Below are positions 1 through 11,659 of a stretch of 64,000 nucleotides of DNA, in pieces (the stretch's first letter is position 1; every line of letters starts with the position of its first letter). This stretch comes from Magallana gigas (taxonomy: Eukaryota). The DNA is taken from contig NC_088859.1 in assembly GCF_963853765.1 (NCBI RefSeq), positions 49,600,001 to 49,664,000 on the forward strand. The letters are read 5' to 3'. The position numbers and the translations under genes are program-made. The notes under the pieces are model-generated. The model was given only the letters and a program-made list of their open reading frames with translations. It had not been told where the DNA came from and ran no database searches.

Positions 1-430
1 AGCGCTAGTCATGAGTAGCACGCTAAGACAAATTATCGTGACTTCCAGGAATGACATGGCTACAAGATACTAATTTAAAATCAATAACCCTGATTTTGAG
101 GGATAACAACTCTCAAGCTGTAACTTCTTTTCGCAATGACTTCCTTGAGATGAACCGGTTCGCGGCGACTATTTTCGCGACCGAATTAAAATTCCATTAA
201 CTAGTACTTGCAATCTGCGCTGCAGCCTTATCGACACTGCCTGTCTATTATTACATGCAGTTTAGCTTTATATCATAGGTACTACCTTTATATTAAAAAC
301 TTCAGCGACAAAACCTAATAGATAGAATCGTATGAATATGGTTTGGAGAGGTAAGACTTGTTTCGCGTACCTAATTGATTTCATGGCAACATGTAAGTGG
401 GTCGTGTGGCTGACAAGTTTCAGTGTTAAT

Positions 431-575
431 GATGCTGTAGATATTCCGTGTTGATGATGCTGTAGATGTGTTGATGATGCTGTAGATGTGTTGATGATGC
501 TGTAGATGTGTTGATGATGCTGTAGATGTGTTGATGATGCTGTAGATATGTTGATGATGCTGTAGATGTGTTGAG
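431..575. repeat. 20-bp minisatellite (GATGCTGTAGATGTGTTGAT)n, ~7 copies
   Basis: Directly visible tandem units; it explains the His-rich ORF 268..594. Confidence 0.9.
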
Positions 576-868
576 ATATTGTTACAGTTGTCATGCTGTT
601 TTCATGATTCTGGCGTTTATAGTTTCCGACATGTTGTGAAGTATTTGAGAAGCCTGGTAGTTTCTGATTTAAATTTTTTTTTCAAGAATCGGCTTTGACC
701 GTTGGAGTGGAACAAGGGAAGATTTATGTGTAGGATCAGACATTGGAATACCATTAAGAATTTGCCATCTAGAATACCCCCTTTATTTACAATAACAATT
801 AAAAAGTAAATACTCTTGCTATTCAAGTCTAAATATCCTGATCTTACAAATGTATTTTTTTTAAACAA

Positions 869-1582
869 TTTTTAACCGGGTTTTCCGAAGGAAAAAACCG
901 GTTATTAAAATGGTGAAAATGGCGGCGGGCGGCTGCCTAAAGGGTACCCTCATTGTACGGATAACTCCTCCTACAGTTTTCAAGATAGGAAGTTGTTCTT
1001 TTGCAGATCAATTGTACATATATCAGAGGTGTGCATATTGCTAGGATTTTGATTTCTGATAATTTATGAAAAAAATACCAGCTTTTGAACTTAGTCATTT
1101 TTTGGCAAAATATTGCATATAGGGTACCCTCATTGTACGGATAACTCCTCCTACAGTTTTCAAGATAGGAAGTGGTTCTTTTGCAGATCAATTGTACATA
1201 TATCAGAGGTGTGCATATTGCTAGGATTTTGATTTCCGATAATTAATGAAAAAAATACCAGCTTTTAAACTTTGTCATTTGTTGGCAAAATATTGCATAT
1301 AGGGTACCCTCATTTCTCGGATAACTTCTCCTACAGTTTTCAAGATAGGAAGTGGTTCTTTTGCAGATCAATTGTACATATATCAGAGGTGTGCATATTG
1401 CTAGGATTTTGATTTCTGATAATTTATGAAAAAAATACCAGCTTTTGAACTTAGTCATTTTTTGGCAAAATATTGCATATAGGGTACACCATTTCACTGG
1501 ATATAGGTTGACATGGATTATGGATACAGTTCACATAAAAGAAAACCCAGTTTGCTGTCACATTGACAGCTTTTCACTTGTT
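869..1582 (+). mobile_element. Non-autonomous Helentron/HINE-type element with an internal 180-bp tandem array
   Basis: Unit AGGGTACCCTCATT recurs at 941, 1121, 1301 and 1481 (period 180). The 5' end has short inverted motifs (AACCGGGTTTTCC...GGAAAAAACCGGTT). The 3' end has the hairpin GCTGTCA-CAT-TGACAGC (~1554-1570) followed by T-rich sequence. Confidence 0.7.
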
Positions 1583-2410
1583 TAAAAATAAATCAAGAAA
1601 TCACTTCATGTTTTTTCTTCATGTACAATCAATACATCACAATACAAAATAGAAAGGGAAAAAAATCTGTTATCTTGTGTCCTTTTTTTAGTTGACCTGT
1701 GCCTATCTACAGTGCAAACATTCCCTTAACGTCAATTACACAAACTGATTAGTTAATAAAGTTCCTTGAGGGATTTCCCTTAGCTGTCTGAGAGGGAAAC
1801 CCCTAAAGTTATTGAGAAGTCTCCTGCTAATTAATTAAAGCCTTAGAAGTCTCCTTTAATTATTGTTCAGGGGCGTCCTTGAATAAACTTTCTGTGTATG
1901 AAATGATTTAAAAGTGAAGACCTCCAAAGTATCTCACCAGATACATGACCAATCCCCCACAGATAATTTCCTGAAAGTAAAGATCTACCATTCTTTTACC
2001 AAAAAATATAACTAAGGATTCAAATACAGCATTTGAGTATTCGTGTGATTTAATAACAACATTAAAATTTAAAATAAAACTATGCAATCATATCAAGCTT
2101 ATCAAACAATAGACATACAACAAAAAAAGATAAAGATTCAGAGAAAAATACAATGCCAACAATTTAAATAACTACATAATAAACATCAACAATCTATCTG
2201 AAGCATATTTTGGCTTAAAAAAATTCTTAATTCTGTTAAAAAAGGTTAACAACATTGTGACAAAGTTAATACTGCACTATGTCTACTGATTTTATAATTA
2301 AAACTTTCTTATGAATCTATCAAAGATAGCCTGAACCACTGAAATGAAAACACTCATCAGATTTCTGCTAATGACTTGTTTCTTGAACATTTTTGTTTTT
2401 CTGGTCAACT

Positions 2411-2513
2411 GGTTTCAGTGTTCGTGGTCCATTGGTTTCAGTGTTCATGGTCCATTGGTTTCAGTGTTCATGATCCATTGGTTTCAGTGTTCATGGTCCA
2501 TTGGTTTCAGTGT
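2411..2513. repeat. 23-bp minisatellite (GGTTTCAGTGTTCATGGTCCATT)n, ~4.5 copies, just downstream of the gene-1 stop
   Basis: Directly visible tandem units. Confidence 0.9.
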
Positions 2514-2555
2514 TTAAGACCTCAGGTTTCAGCCTGTCACCTCCTGATAAGTTTT

Positions 2556-4060
2556 TCAGTGTTTCCAGCCAACAGAGTGCCCGTCAACCATTTGTGGCTC
2601 CAAGAAACCTCTGAAGCTGGAGCCGTCTGCAGTCCATCTAGCACCATAACCTACAAACAACCAAAGAGAACCACTGAGCATCAATATAACCTACAAATAG
2701 TCAATTTAAATACTGAACAACAACAAACCCTACAAATAGCCACATCAAATACTTTATTTCAACATTTCTATTGTAGAAATCAAGCACTGTAACCTAAAAG
2801 CAACCAACTTATTACCCACCCCCAAATAAAAACCGCCCACAAAAAAACACCTAAAGCCATTGGGATCCTCTTACACTTCTCTCAGATAAACTGAGGCTGA
2901 GGGGTCTTCTAAAAACCAACATAACCAACAAACAGCCATAAGGTTCTATTGAACAACATCTCTGTTGAATGAAATAAGGATGAATGTAACTGCTTACAGC
3001 CAAATACAATACCAAATATAGATCTATTGTCTTAAAATGATAAATGCTTGCAACATCCCTCAAAACTCTTCTGTAAATAATGAACCAGATTCATCAAATA
3101 ACAAATTTATTTGCTCATAAATTGCTGGCTTTCCAATTACTGGTACCATCCAACAATAAACTGGGTACATAATCAGGGACCTTGATATATGAGCAATATT
3201 GGTAGGCATTATATAGAAAAGAAACAGCCATGAATAATAGAAAACTATCTCAGCTGACAAGTATGTTGGGAAGCTAGTGGGTCCATTATTAGAAGATTGT
3301 ACAAAAAGCAATTTTTTTCTCATTTTATATACATCTTTCACTCCACTCTTTGTACAAATAAAATGAGAATATTGTCTGTCAGGGGACAATTAAGTTTAGG
3401 AATGGTTTATGTTTTTATTGTGTTATTACCTTCCTCTTGTCTGACTTCTAAGATATAAACATCATGCTACAACAAAAAAGAGAATTATGAAAAATTACCA
3501 TATGCTTTAAATTCACGTTCTTCTACATCATTTAAAAAATCATATAGGTAGCCAGAGAGCCATCTTATGATAATATACAAGTATCTGTGACAAGAGTATC
3601 TCCGAGAAGATAATAAAATCTAGAAGTGGGTCTTTTACTTTTTCTGCATTGTAACAAGTTGATATAATTCATACAGAAGTGCTGTGTGAATTTTTTTATT
3701 GATCCATTCATACCGGTAACCAGTGGATATTAATCCATGTTACATACCGGTAACCAGTGGATATTAATCCATGTTACATACCGGTAACCAGTGGATATTA
3801 ATCCATGTTGCACCGTCTAAAATCTTATTCATAATTGACAGTGCATAGTCATTCTTCTGTTTTTCAGCTAAAAAGAGAAACAAAAAGTGTTGAACCAACA
3901 CATGTACACAACTATCTGTAGCATATTTGGATTTAAGATATTACTAAGAATTATTTGAATCTTACAGGGAAGAATTAAAGTTTTAAATCAATTCTGTATT
4001 CACATTCTTGAATAAGGTACAGGAATGAATATGTGAATATGGATATTGTCCCTTTCAGTT

Positions 4061-4101
<41 letters not shown>

Positions 4102-7100
4102 GGTGCACCCTCCCCACCAGGAGGTTGAGCTGTCTCGGTGGTAGTGTTTGGACAATGCCCGGGCTCCAACACTGATCTCAGCATTTGGACTACAAAATAG
4201 GCCAAGACAATATTTTACTCATTTTGTAAATTGTTTGAAAGAGGGATGATGGGATTCTGGGATTAGGGATCACATTGGTGTGTGTCTGACCTGTGCCTCT
4301 CTGTAAAGGATTTCACCATCAGCTCTCTATCCACTGGCCACAGTTCTTGAGTTCCCACTGTCTTCCTCACACCCAGTAAATCTAACATCCCTCTTTTGCC
4401 CAAAATCTAACAACGTGAAAGAAATAGATTTTTAGGGCTCTGGGATATTTATAAGATTGGGGCAAATTGTAAGTTGGATATTTTTTTCAAAATGGACAAA
4501 TAAGGTACACTGTGACTATTCTCAGATTTTAGATCTAATGGGGATTTTTTTTTCTTTCCGATTACTTTATGGGTTTATATCAGTGGAGCTTTCACATGTC
4601 GTAACATCTCATTTGATAAGAGACATTTTACTCTGCTCTCAGATTTTCTTTACTATATGCTGTGACCTTGAGAAGAAAAGGATGATAAGAGACAACTCTA
4701 TCAAGTACTGATGAGTCAGGACACTGGGTAGTTTAATCCTAGAGCCACCAAGCAGCAAAATAGGCATAATGCTTTTGGGCACTGAATATAAATGACAGCC
4801 TTTCAGAGTTTGACTTCATAAAGCATATTTCAAAAGAATAGGGTTCTAAGAAAGGTTCTTGACACATGGAGAACTGCTGTTTATAATTACATTTTGAATA
4901 ATTCATTGGACAGCTCCCTATGTTTTCTACCTCAATAACGTAAGTACAATACATCCAAAAGAAATAATAATACAGCAACAGAAAAGGTGCAGGCCTTGGT
5001 GGCTCACCTGAACAAAACAGACCCATCTCAATTCTACTTCTGGTGGAATTTGGGAGTCATAAATGAGTACCTACGTCAATATATCTATACATGGATATTG
5101 GTGTAAAAAGTGATAGCTGTTAATTCCATTTACAGATAGATTATGAAATTATCAGGTGAGTTATGATTATGATTATTACATCAGGTGAGCTATGATCATT
5201 AAGGGTTATACTTACACCAGATGAGCTATGCATGTTAATTATGATTATTATTACTTACATCATATTTACTGTAATATTCTATGAGATGAATCTATCATAT
5301 ATTGGCATATTATAAAAATAATGAGTTTAAATAATCAAAGAAATTAAAAGATGTAAAGAAAAGGACTATATATGGTTTGAGCCTAAAATGGCCCCTTTAA
5401 ATGAACATCGTCATTTTACTGTAATTCTTTGTTTTATTTGTACAGATATACATTTGTAGTTTTTTCATAATTTTAATTTTGATTTTAATGCCCCCAATAT
5501 AAAAATATGACATCATAAAGTTTACCTTTTCCCGCCATTTTTGCATTTTTAGCATAAAACGGCTTGTTTTGAAGCAGTTTTTCTTTAAGGAAACATTGAG
5601 CAACTGCTTGAACAAACAAAATATTTTCATCAAAGATGTATCTACCCAGTACCTATAAGTGAGCAAAAGTTCGTTCTTGTTCAAAGAGTCGCTCTGTATT
5701 TCCCATTCGAAAAAAGATAAGAAAAATATCAATTTTGTACTGATTTTTATTGAATTAAAAAAAAATAGCGTCACTTCTGACGTCATATACTGCCAGTGAG
5801 TGCATATAAATCAAATAAATAGGTGAAAAACATATTTTATGTCAGCTCTTTTATAATATAACACAACAAATTGATGAATCTGAATCACTTTAAAAATAGC
5901 GAATTATGGGGGCCAAATTTGACTAATAACATATATAGTTCTTTGTGATATTTTTTCTAAAAATTAATACTTTTCATGATTCTAAGATTTCAGGATAATT
6001 TTACTGAGAATAATGAGAAGAGCTGCCATTATTTATATTTTGAGTAAATTTGTGATGAACTTAAATGCCCATATAATTGTATACTGAATTGTAGGATGCT
6101 TTTTGCAAGTGAAAGCATTATCTTGAACTGAAAAAGCTATCGAATTGGACTCGGCATATTCAATCTTAAAATTATTCTAAAGCAGACCTTTATTTCCTTT
6201 TTATACAATCAAATTATCACAAACTACCATCATTGAATAACATTCAAGTACATGGCTGCTTCTGTCAACAATCTTCTATTATATGACCTCATTCTCAGCT
6301 AGAGGGCAACTTTCAGAAAAAGAGAAATTCTAGACTTACAATCATTATTTCCTTGACCCTGTAAGCTATTTCTTCGTCATTCCAATCTTCCCACAAAGTC
6401 TGAAGGCCGTCCAGAAGTGGCGTGATGGACTTGAAGTTTGCCTCCCTGTAAAATAAAGTAAAATCACTCACAAAATGGACCAGAGACTGACAAACAATTC
6501 AGAATCAACAAGAAATAAGCATGATAAGTCCCTTGTTTGGTGACTCACTTAGTACCGATTTAATTAAAATTAGTTCACATTGCCAAGGCACCCCAATTCA
6601 CCTTTTTCATTAAGAAAATAAAAATTAAAAATATATTTGGACTAATTTTAACCAAACTTCTTATTTACTTATCTAGTTGTCTATTCTTTAGAGCATTGTA
6701 CAACTACCCACCTTGATTCAGCGTATGACTTCTCATCCAGTAGATCATACTTTGGGAGATCTAGGGCTGGACAATATCTAAACGGTGAAGAAATTGTTGT
6801 AGTACATGTATTGCACTGAGTTCAAGTAATACACACCGTTATTAATTCCTCCCTTTTTTATTTATTGTCTTAAAATATCTACATTACATTGTTAAGTGAC
6901 TGGTTGTTTGATATGTATCCCAAACAGACTGTGGAAACATTTTAATTTGTGGGGGCCAATTTTTGTGGAGTGTGGGTTTTTTGCTTTTCCGTGGTGATGT
7001 AATATTGTGGATGCGTTGGTTTTTAGTTTTCGTAAAAAAGATAACTCTTTTCAAATTTGTTTTCAGCGAGGATGTAAATTTGTGGGGGAGAGCATAACAA

Positions 7101-10015
7101 TTTTTACTGTATATGTACTGTAGATTCCTATTTAAGCGCAACTCACGAATTTAAAAATCTCATATTTTTTTTTTATGTAAACTACATGAAACTATGATAA
7201 AAATTCTGCATTCAAGATTTTATGTTCTCGCTATTTGAAGGAAAACGGCTGAATCACAGAATTAAGTACTCGCGTAAAATAAGGAATCTACAGTATGTTG
7301 CAGATCCTATATACCGGTAAATATATTTAAATGTTGCAGATCCTGTATTTACCACACTGATTCCTTGTTCAACTAGTACAATGTTATGATGTTAAACTAG
7401 TGCATTTACTTTTTCCTCCTATTCAATCAATCAGGTGTTAGGAAATAACAAATGAAGGAGTGCTTACAATTATATATTTTTTAATATAACCAATAGGGGT
7501 GGGGGAGGGCCAACTTCACCAGAGTTTGTTTGCTCTCTTTTTTAGGATGAGGCCCAATAGATCAAGCCTCAAGAAGGAGTTTGGGGGAGAGGGGGGCTTA
7601 AAATTGTGAATTTGATAAAAGGCTTTTTGTGCATTTCGAAATATATCATGCAGGGTTATCTCTAAGACCCAGGGGTGGGGGTGGGGAAGGGGGGGTGGGT
7701 GGGTCGGTGGGGAATTACCCTGCCTAATGCCTTACTTACCCGGCTACTACTGCATTTCAAACACAATTTAGCTATAAGCTAGACCCCCAGATCCCCCCTT
7801 CTACTTGTTTATTTCTTCCTTCTACTTCAATTTTTAGAGACATTCCTAATCATGTGTCAAATGCTTGGATGAGGTAGCAACTTGTCCAGAGGTTTAACAA
7901 AATTATACATGTAGATCTGTTTCTCAACTGAATTGTAACGATAAAATAAAAAAAAAAATGGAAAATCATGCAAATTTTAAATTGAAAAGAAAGGCAGACT
8001 TGTGGTTCAAACCATGCATAAACTTTTGAAATTAATTTGAAAGTTTATATCAATTGATAATAAATGCTATTAGATCATCACACATTTTCTGGTAAAAAAA
8101 AAAACAAACTCTGAATTCTATGACACCATAAACAACAAGAGGCCCAGGGGCCACATTGCTCACCTGAGCAACAATTGCCTTAATTCTGATCAAATTAGCA
8201 TTACAGTATCAAAATATCTTGACAACTAAGTACAGTAGATCTTGCTAAAAAAAAATAGAAAAATCTGCCAATTTTTATCCACCTCTTTTTGTGGGTAAAT
8301 ACCAAGCCCCTTTTGTTGTTGTACCTGTAAGAAGATTTTTCTCTATTCCAATTTACCCCCCCCCCCTCCATTTCGTGGCCCCCCTTTTCTCTAGGGAATC
8401 ATGGTTTCATCAAACTTAAATCTGCATAACCTGTGCTTTCACACTAAGTACTGAGTTTTGGACCGAAAACTTTCCCAGAATATTTTTAAAGATTTTTCTC
8501 TATATATTCCTATGTAAAAATTCAAACCGCCATCACGGCCCAGCCCTATCACTAGGGACTGTGATTTTGCAAACTTGAATTTACACTATCCGAGGATGCC
8601 TCCACACAAGTTTAGGCTTTTCTGGCCAAATAGTCTTTAAAAAGAAGATATCAAAGATTTTCTCTATATATTCCTATGTAAAAATTCATCCCCCATTGTG
8701 GCCTCACCATACCCCATGACTATTATTTAAACAAACTTGAATCTTTACGATCTTGGGATGCTTCCACTTAAATTTGGGCTTTCCTGGCCTTATAGTTTTG
8801 AGAAGAAGATTTTTAAAGATTTTCTCTATATATAAAAATTTATCCCCCATTGTGGCCTCGCCCTACCCCCAGGGACCATGATTTGAACAAACTTGAATCT
8901 ACATTATCTGAGGATGGTTACAATTTGAGGTTTCTTGGCCATAAAGTTTTGAAAAGAAATTTTTTTAAAGATTTTCTCTATATATTCCTGTATAAAAATT
9001 TATCCCCTAATTGTGGCCCCACCCTACCCCTGGGGACCATGATTTGAACAAACTTGAATCTACACTATCTGAGGATGCTTCCACTCAAATTTAAGCTTTT
9101 CTGACCTTATAGTTTTTGAGAAGAAGATTTTTAAAAAAAAATTCTGTATATTCCTATGTAAAACATGACCCCCCTCTTGTGGCCCCACCCTACCCCTGGG
9201 GACCATAATTTGAACAAACTTGAATCTACACTACCTGAGAATGCTTCCATTTTAATTTGAGCTTTTCTGGCCTGATAGTTTTTTAGAAGAAGATTTTTAA
9301 AGATTTTGTCTATATATTTCTATGTAAAACTTGATCCCCTAATTGTGGCCCCACCCTAACCCCGGAGACCATGATTTGAACAAACTTGAATCTACACTAC
9401 CTGAGGAAGCTTTCACATTTATTTGAGCTTTTCTGGCCTAATAATTTTTTAGAAGAAGATTTTTAAAGATTTTCTCTATATATTCCTATGTAAAACTTGA
9501 TCCCCCCATTGTGGCCCCACCCTACCCCTGGGGACCATGATTTGAACAAACTTGAATCTACCCTACCTGAGGAAGCTTCCACTTTGATTTGAGCTTTTCT
9601 GGCCTAATAATTTTTTAGAAGAAGATTTTTAAAGATTTTCTCTATATATTCCTATGTAAAACTTGATCCCCCCATTGTGGCCCCACCCTACCCCCGGGGA
9701 CCATGATTTGAACAAACTTGAATCTACACTATCTGAGGAGGCTCCCATTTTAATTTGAGCTTTTCTGGCCTGATAGTTTTTTAGAAGAAGATTTTTAAGG
9801 ATTTTGTCTATATATTTCTATGTCAAACTTGATCCCCCCATTGTGGCCCCTCCCTACCCCTGGGGACCATGATTTGAACAAACTTGAATCTACACTACCT
9901 GAGGATGCCTCCACACAAGTTTGAGCTTTTCAGGCCGAATAGTTTTTGAGAAGAAGATTTTTGAAAAATACCAACAAATTTTCAATAATTCTCAATTATC
10001 TCCCCTTTAGAAAGA

Positions 10016-10055
<40 letters not shown>

Positions 10056-10103
10056 TAGTGGTGCTTTGTGCCAAATTTGGTTGAAATCTGCCCAGTGGTT
10101 CTT

Positions 10104-10134
<31 letters not shown>

Positions 10135-10177
10135 ACGCCGACGCCGACGACAACGACAACGACGACAGACAACGGAC

Positions 10178-10209
<32 letters not shown>

Positions 10210-11540
10210 TGGCTCAGGTGAGCTAAAAACTCCTTGGAGCAAAGTGTTATCACAAATCTTAAAATTACTGAGAAAGAGACAATACATTGTATTAATATTT
10301 AACTATATTTATTTTTACAATGATTGAAACACAAGTACTTTCACTTATATCATTAAATAGCTCTTGTTGGCTTGGGTGTTAACATGGTTAATGGGAGGAG
10401 ACCAATGATGTTGGCGGAAGCCAAAGTACCCAGTAAAATCCACACATCCAAACAGGCAACTACCATACCTTCTAACATACTGTAACAGAAGAGGAGGAAT
10501 AACCAATACTAGGCTCGAACTCAGAACCTTTCAGTTAAAAAATTAATGCTCTACTGACTGAGCTAAATGGTTAACCCACTATCTAGTACTAGTAAAAGCG
10601 TAGCAGTTTTAAACCTATAATACACCAAATAAACACTATTAAACTGGGAAAAGACCAAACAAGATCCCATCTACATTAAAACAAAGGAGGAAATGGGGAT
10701 GGATATGCCACACTCTCCGTAAATCCACAGAAAACATCACAAGACAGGCACTGGACTGGAACCAAGGTGGGGAGACCTAGGCAAACCTGGAGAAGATCAG
10801 TGGAGTCCAAGGCAAAAGAGGCAGGATTAACCTGGGCCTAGTTAAAGGAAGTCACCCAAAACAGTCTGCTGGCGGGGAGTGGTTGCAGCCCTATGCTCCC
10901 CAAGGAGCGAACAGGAATAAGTCAAGTAAGTCAACACACTATTACACTCTTCCCCCTTTTCTTTTGAGATTTCTATCCCTTAGAAATCTCATACAGGACT
11001 CTCTAAATCACTCCAGGTGGGTTATTTTGTTGGGCGCCAATGTAATAAAAGAGGAAAGATCACAACTAGGCTCTAACTCGGGACAATTCAGTTTAAAAAC
11101 ACACCCTACCGACTGAGCTAAAGGGTTGACCCACTAGTAGAAGCATCGCAGTACTGAGCCTATTATATAATTAATATTCACTATTACAATACAACCACTT
11201 CCGATCACAAGAATATAACTTAATTTGATTTGGGTTTTTCGGTAAGAAGTGAGCGTTTAGTCCATTGAGTTACTTAGACATCCAAGGCAACAATAAGAAC
11301 ATGATATGAAGAAAATACCTCTTTTCCATCCATTGCTGCAACATGTTACCAATCTCTCTGTACAAAGGATAGGAAGGATATCCTTGGATTGTCTCCCTTG
11401 GTGTACATTCCCTATTGCTCTTCTTCAGTAATGCCTTAATGTCTTCTTCGTCAAACTCCTTACATGTTAGTTTCAGCTCATTCTCTAGCACCTGTAGAAG
11501 AATGTGTTAATCGGAAGTAATCTCTTGATCAACAAAAAAG

Positions 11541-11587
<47 letters not shown>

Positions 11588-11659
11588 TGAGATTTTAACA
11601 AATTATATACGTACCATGCGGACATATTTAGATAACTGAAGAGTTTTAGTTGTTGGCAT
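2556..11659 (-). CDS. Uncharacterised conserved protein, 271 aa, 9 exons; C-terminal GARALSKH/WWG/GYGARW/FRGFLEP module
   Basis: Exons (-): 11659-11615, 11491-11319, 6777-6712, 6445-6340, 4406-4291, 4189-4098, 3867-3782, 3466-3430, 2650-2556. All introns are GT-AG with matching phases and give one open frame: MPTTKTLQLSKYVRMVLENELK...YPSYPLYREIG...CPALDLPKYDLLDE...LGKRGMLDLLGVRKTVG...ISVGARALSKHYHRDSSTSWWGGCTGTEKQKNDYA...WINIHWLPHDVYILEVRQEEGYGARWTADGSSFRGFLEPQMVDGHSVGWKH*. The first exon is the least certain. Confidence 0.85.
3709..3809. repeat. 34-bp tandem triplication spanning an exon end and 5' splice site of gene 1
   Basis: CATACCGGTAACCAGTGGATATTAATCCATGTTA starts at 3709, 3743 and 3777. 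Confidence 0.95.
4062..4092. repeat. (GA)n microsatellite
   Basis: Direct. Confidence 0.95.
5360..5944. mobile_element. MITE with imperfect TIRs (AAGGACTATATATGG...GGGGCC / GGCC...ATATATAGTTCTT); related copy at ~24866-25171
   Basis: Terminal inverted similarity; a similar pair of ends occurs in the opposite orientation at ~24866-25171. Confidence 0.55.
7116..7295. mobile_element. TA-flanked MITE (TACTGTAGATTCCT...AGGAATCTACAGTA), Tc1/mariner-type; similar TACTG...CAGTA elements at ~18874-19088, ~42292-42450 and 44339-44542
   Basis: Terminal inverted repeats that begin and end in TA. Confidence 0.65.
7651..7848. mobile_element. MITE with CAGGGTT termini and 6-bp TSD (ATCATG); second copy at 54625-54791
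   Basis: ATCATG at 7645-7650 and 7849-7854 flanks CAGGGTTATCTCTAA...TTAGAGACATTCCTA. The body is the reverse complement of 54625-54791. Confidence 0.75.
8134..10229 (-). mobile_element. Helentron/Helitron-N element carrying a ~167-bp satellite array (Cg170-like, ~10 monomers) in gene-1 intron 2
   Basis: TTTTCTCTATATATTCCTATGTAAAA recurs at ~167-bp spacing from ~8495 to ~9810. The end AGCTCACTTGAGCCTTTGGCTCAGGTGAGCTAAAAA, the GACGAC/GACAAC microsatellite at ~10140-10175 and AACAAGAGGCCC at the other end match the oyster HINE architecture I recall. A truncated end of the same family lies at ~17815-17945. Confidence 0.8.
10365..10600 (-). mobile_element. tRNA-derived SINE-like repeat; related unit at ~10990-11145
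   Basis: The reverse strand has A-box-like (TAGCTCAGTCAGTAGAG) and B-box-like (GGGTTCGAG-type) motifs; both units end in ACCCACTA...AGC. Confidence 0.5.
10642..10935 (+). mobile_element. 5'-truncated RTE-clade LINE 3' fragment (decayed)
   Basis: Degenerate translation ...RKWGWICHTLRKSTENITRQALDWN...GRPRQTWRRSVES...WRGVVAALCSPRSEQE* followed by a TAAGTCAAGTAAGTCA tail. TSD ACACTATTA at 10633-10641 and 10936-10944. Confidence 0.8.
11544..11584. repeat. (GA)n microsatellite; on the - strand it forms the polypyrimidine tract of gene-1 intron 1
   Basis: Direct. Confidence 0.95.

Noticed and set aside
268-594. His/Ser-rich 108-aa ORF
   Set aside because: It is the translation of a 20-bp minisatellite; no protein-family signal.
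937-1497. Two near-identical 84-aa ORFs
   Set aside because: Read-through of the 180-bp satellite monomers; not a duplicated gene.
2376-2792. 138-aa + strand ORF
   Set aside because: Made of the 23-bp repeat plus the antisense of the last exon of gene 1.
2851-3389. Two - strand ORFs (70 and 109 aa) in the last gene-1 intron; possible decayed TE or nested gene
   Set aside because: I recognise no motif and see no consistent splice structure. A tBLASTx search would be needed; left unassigned.
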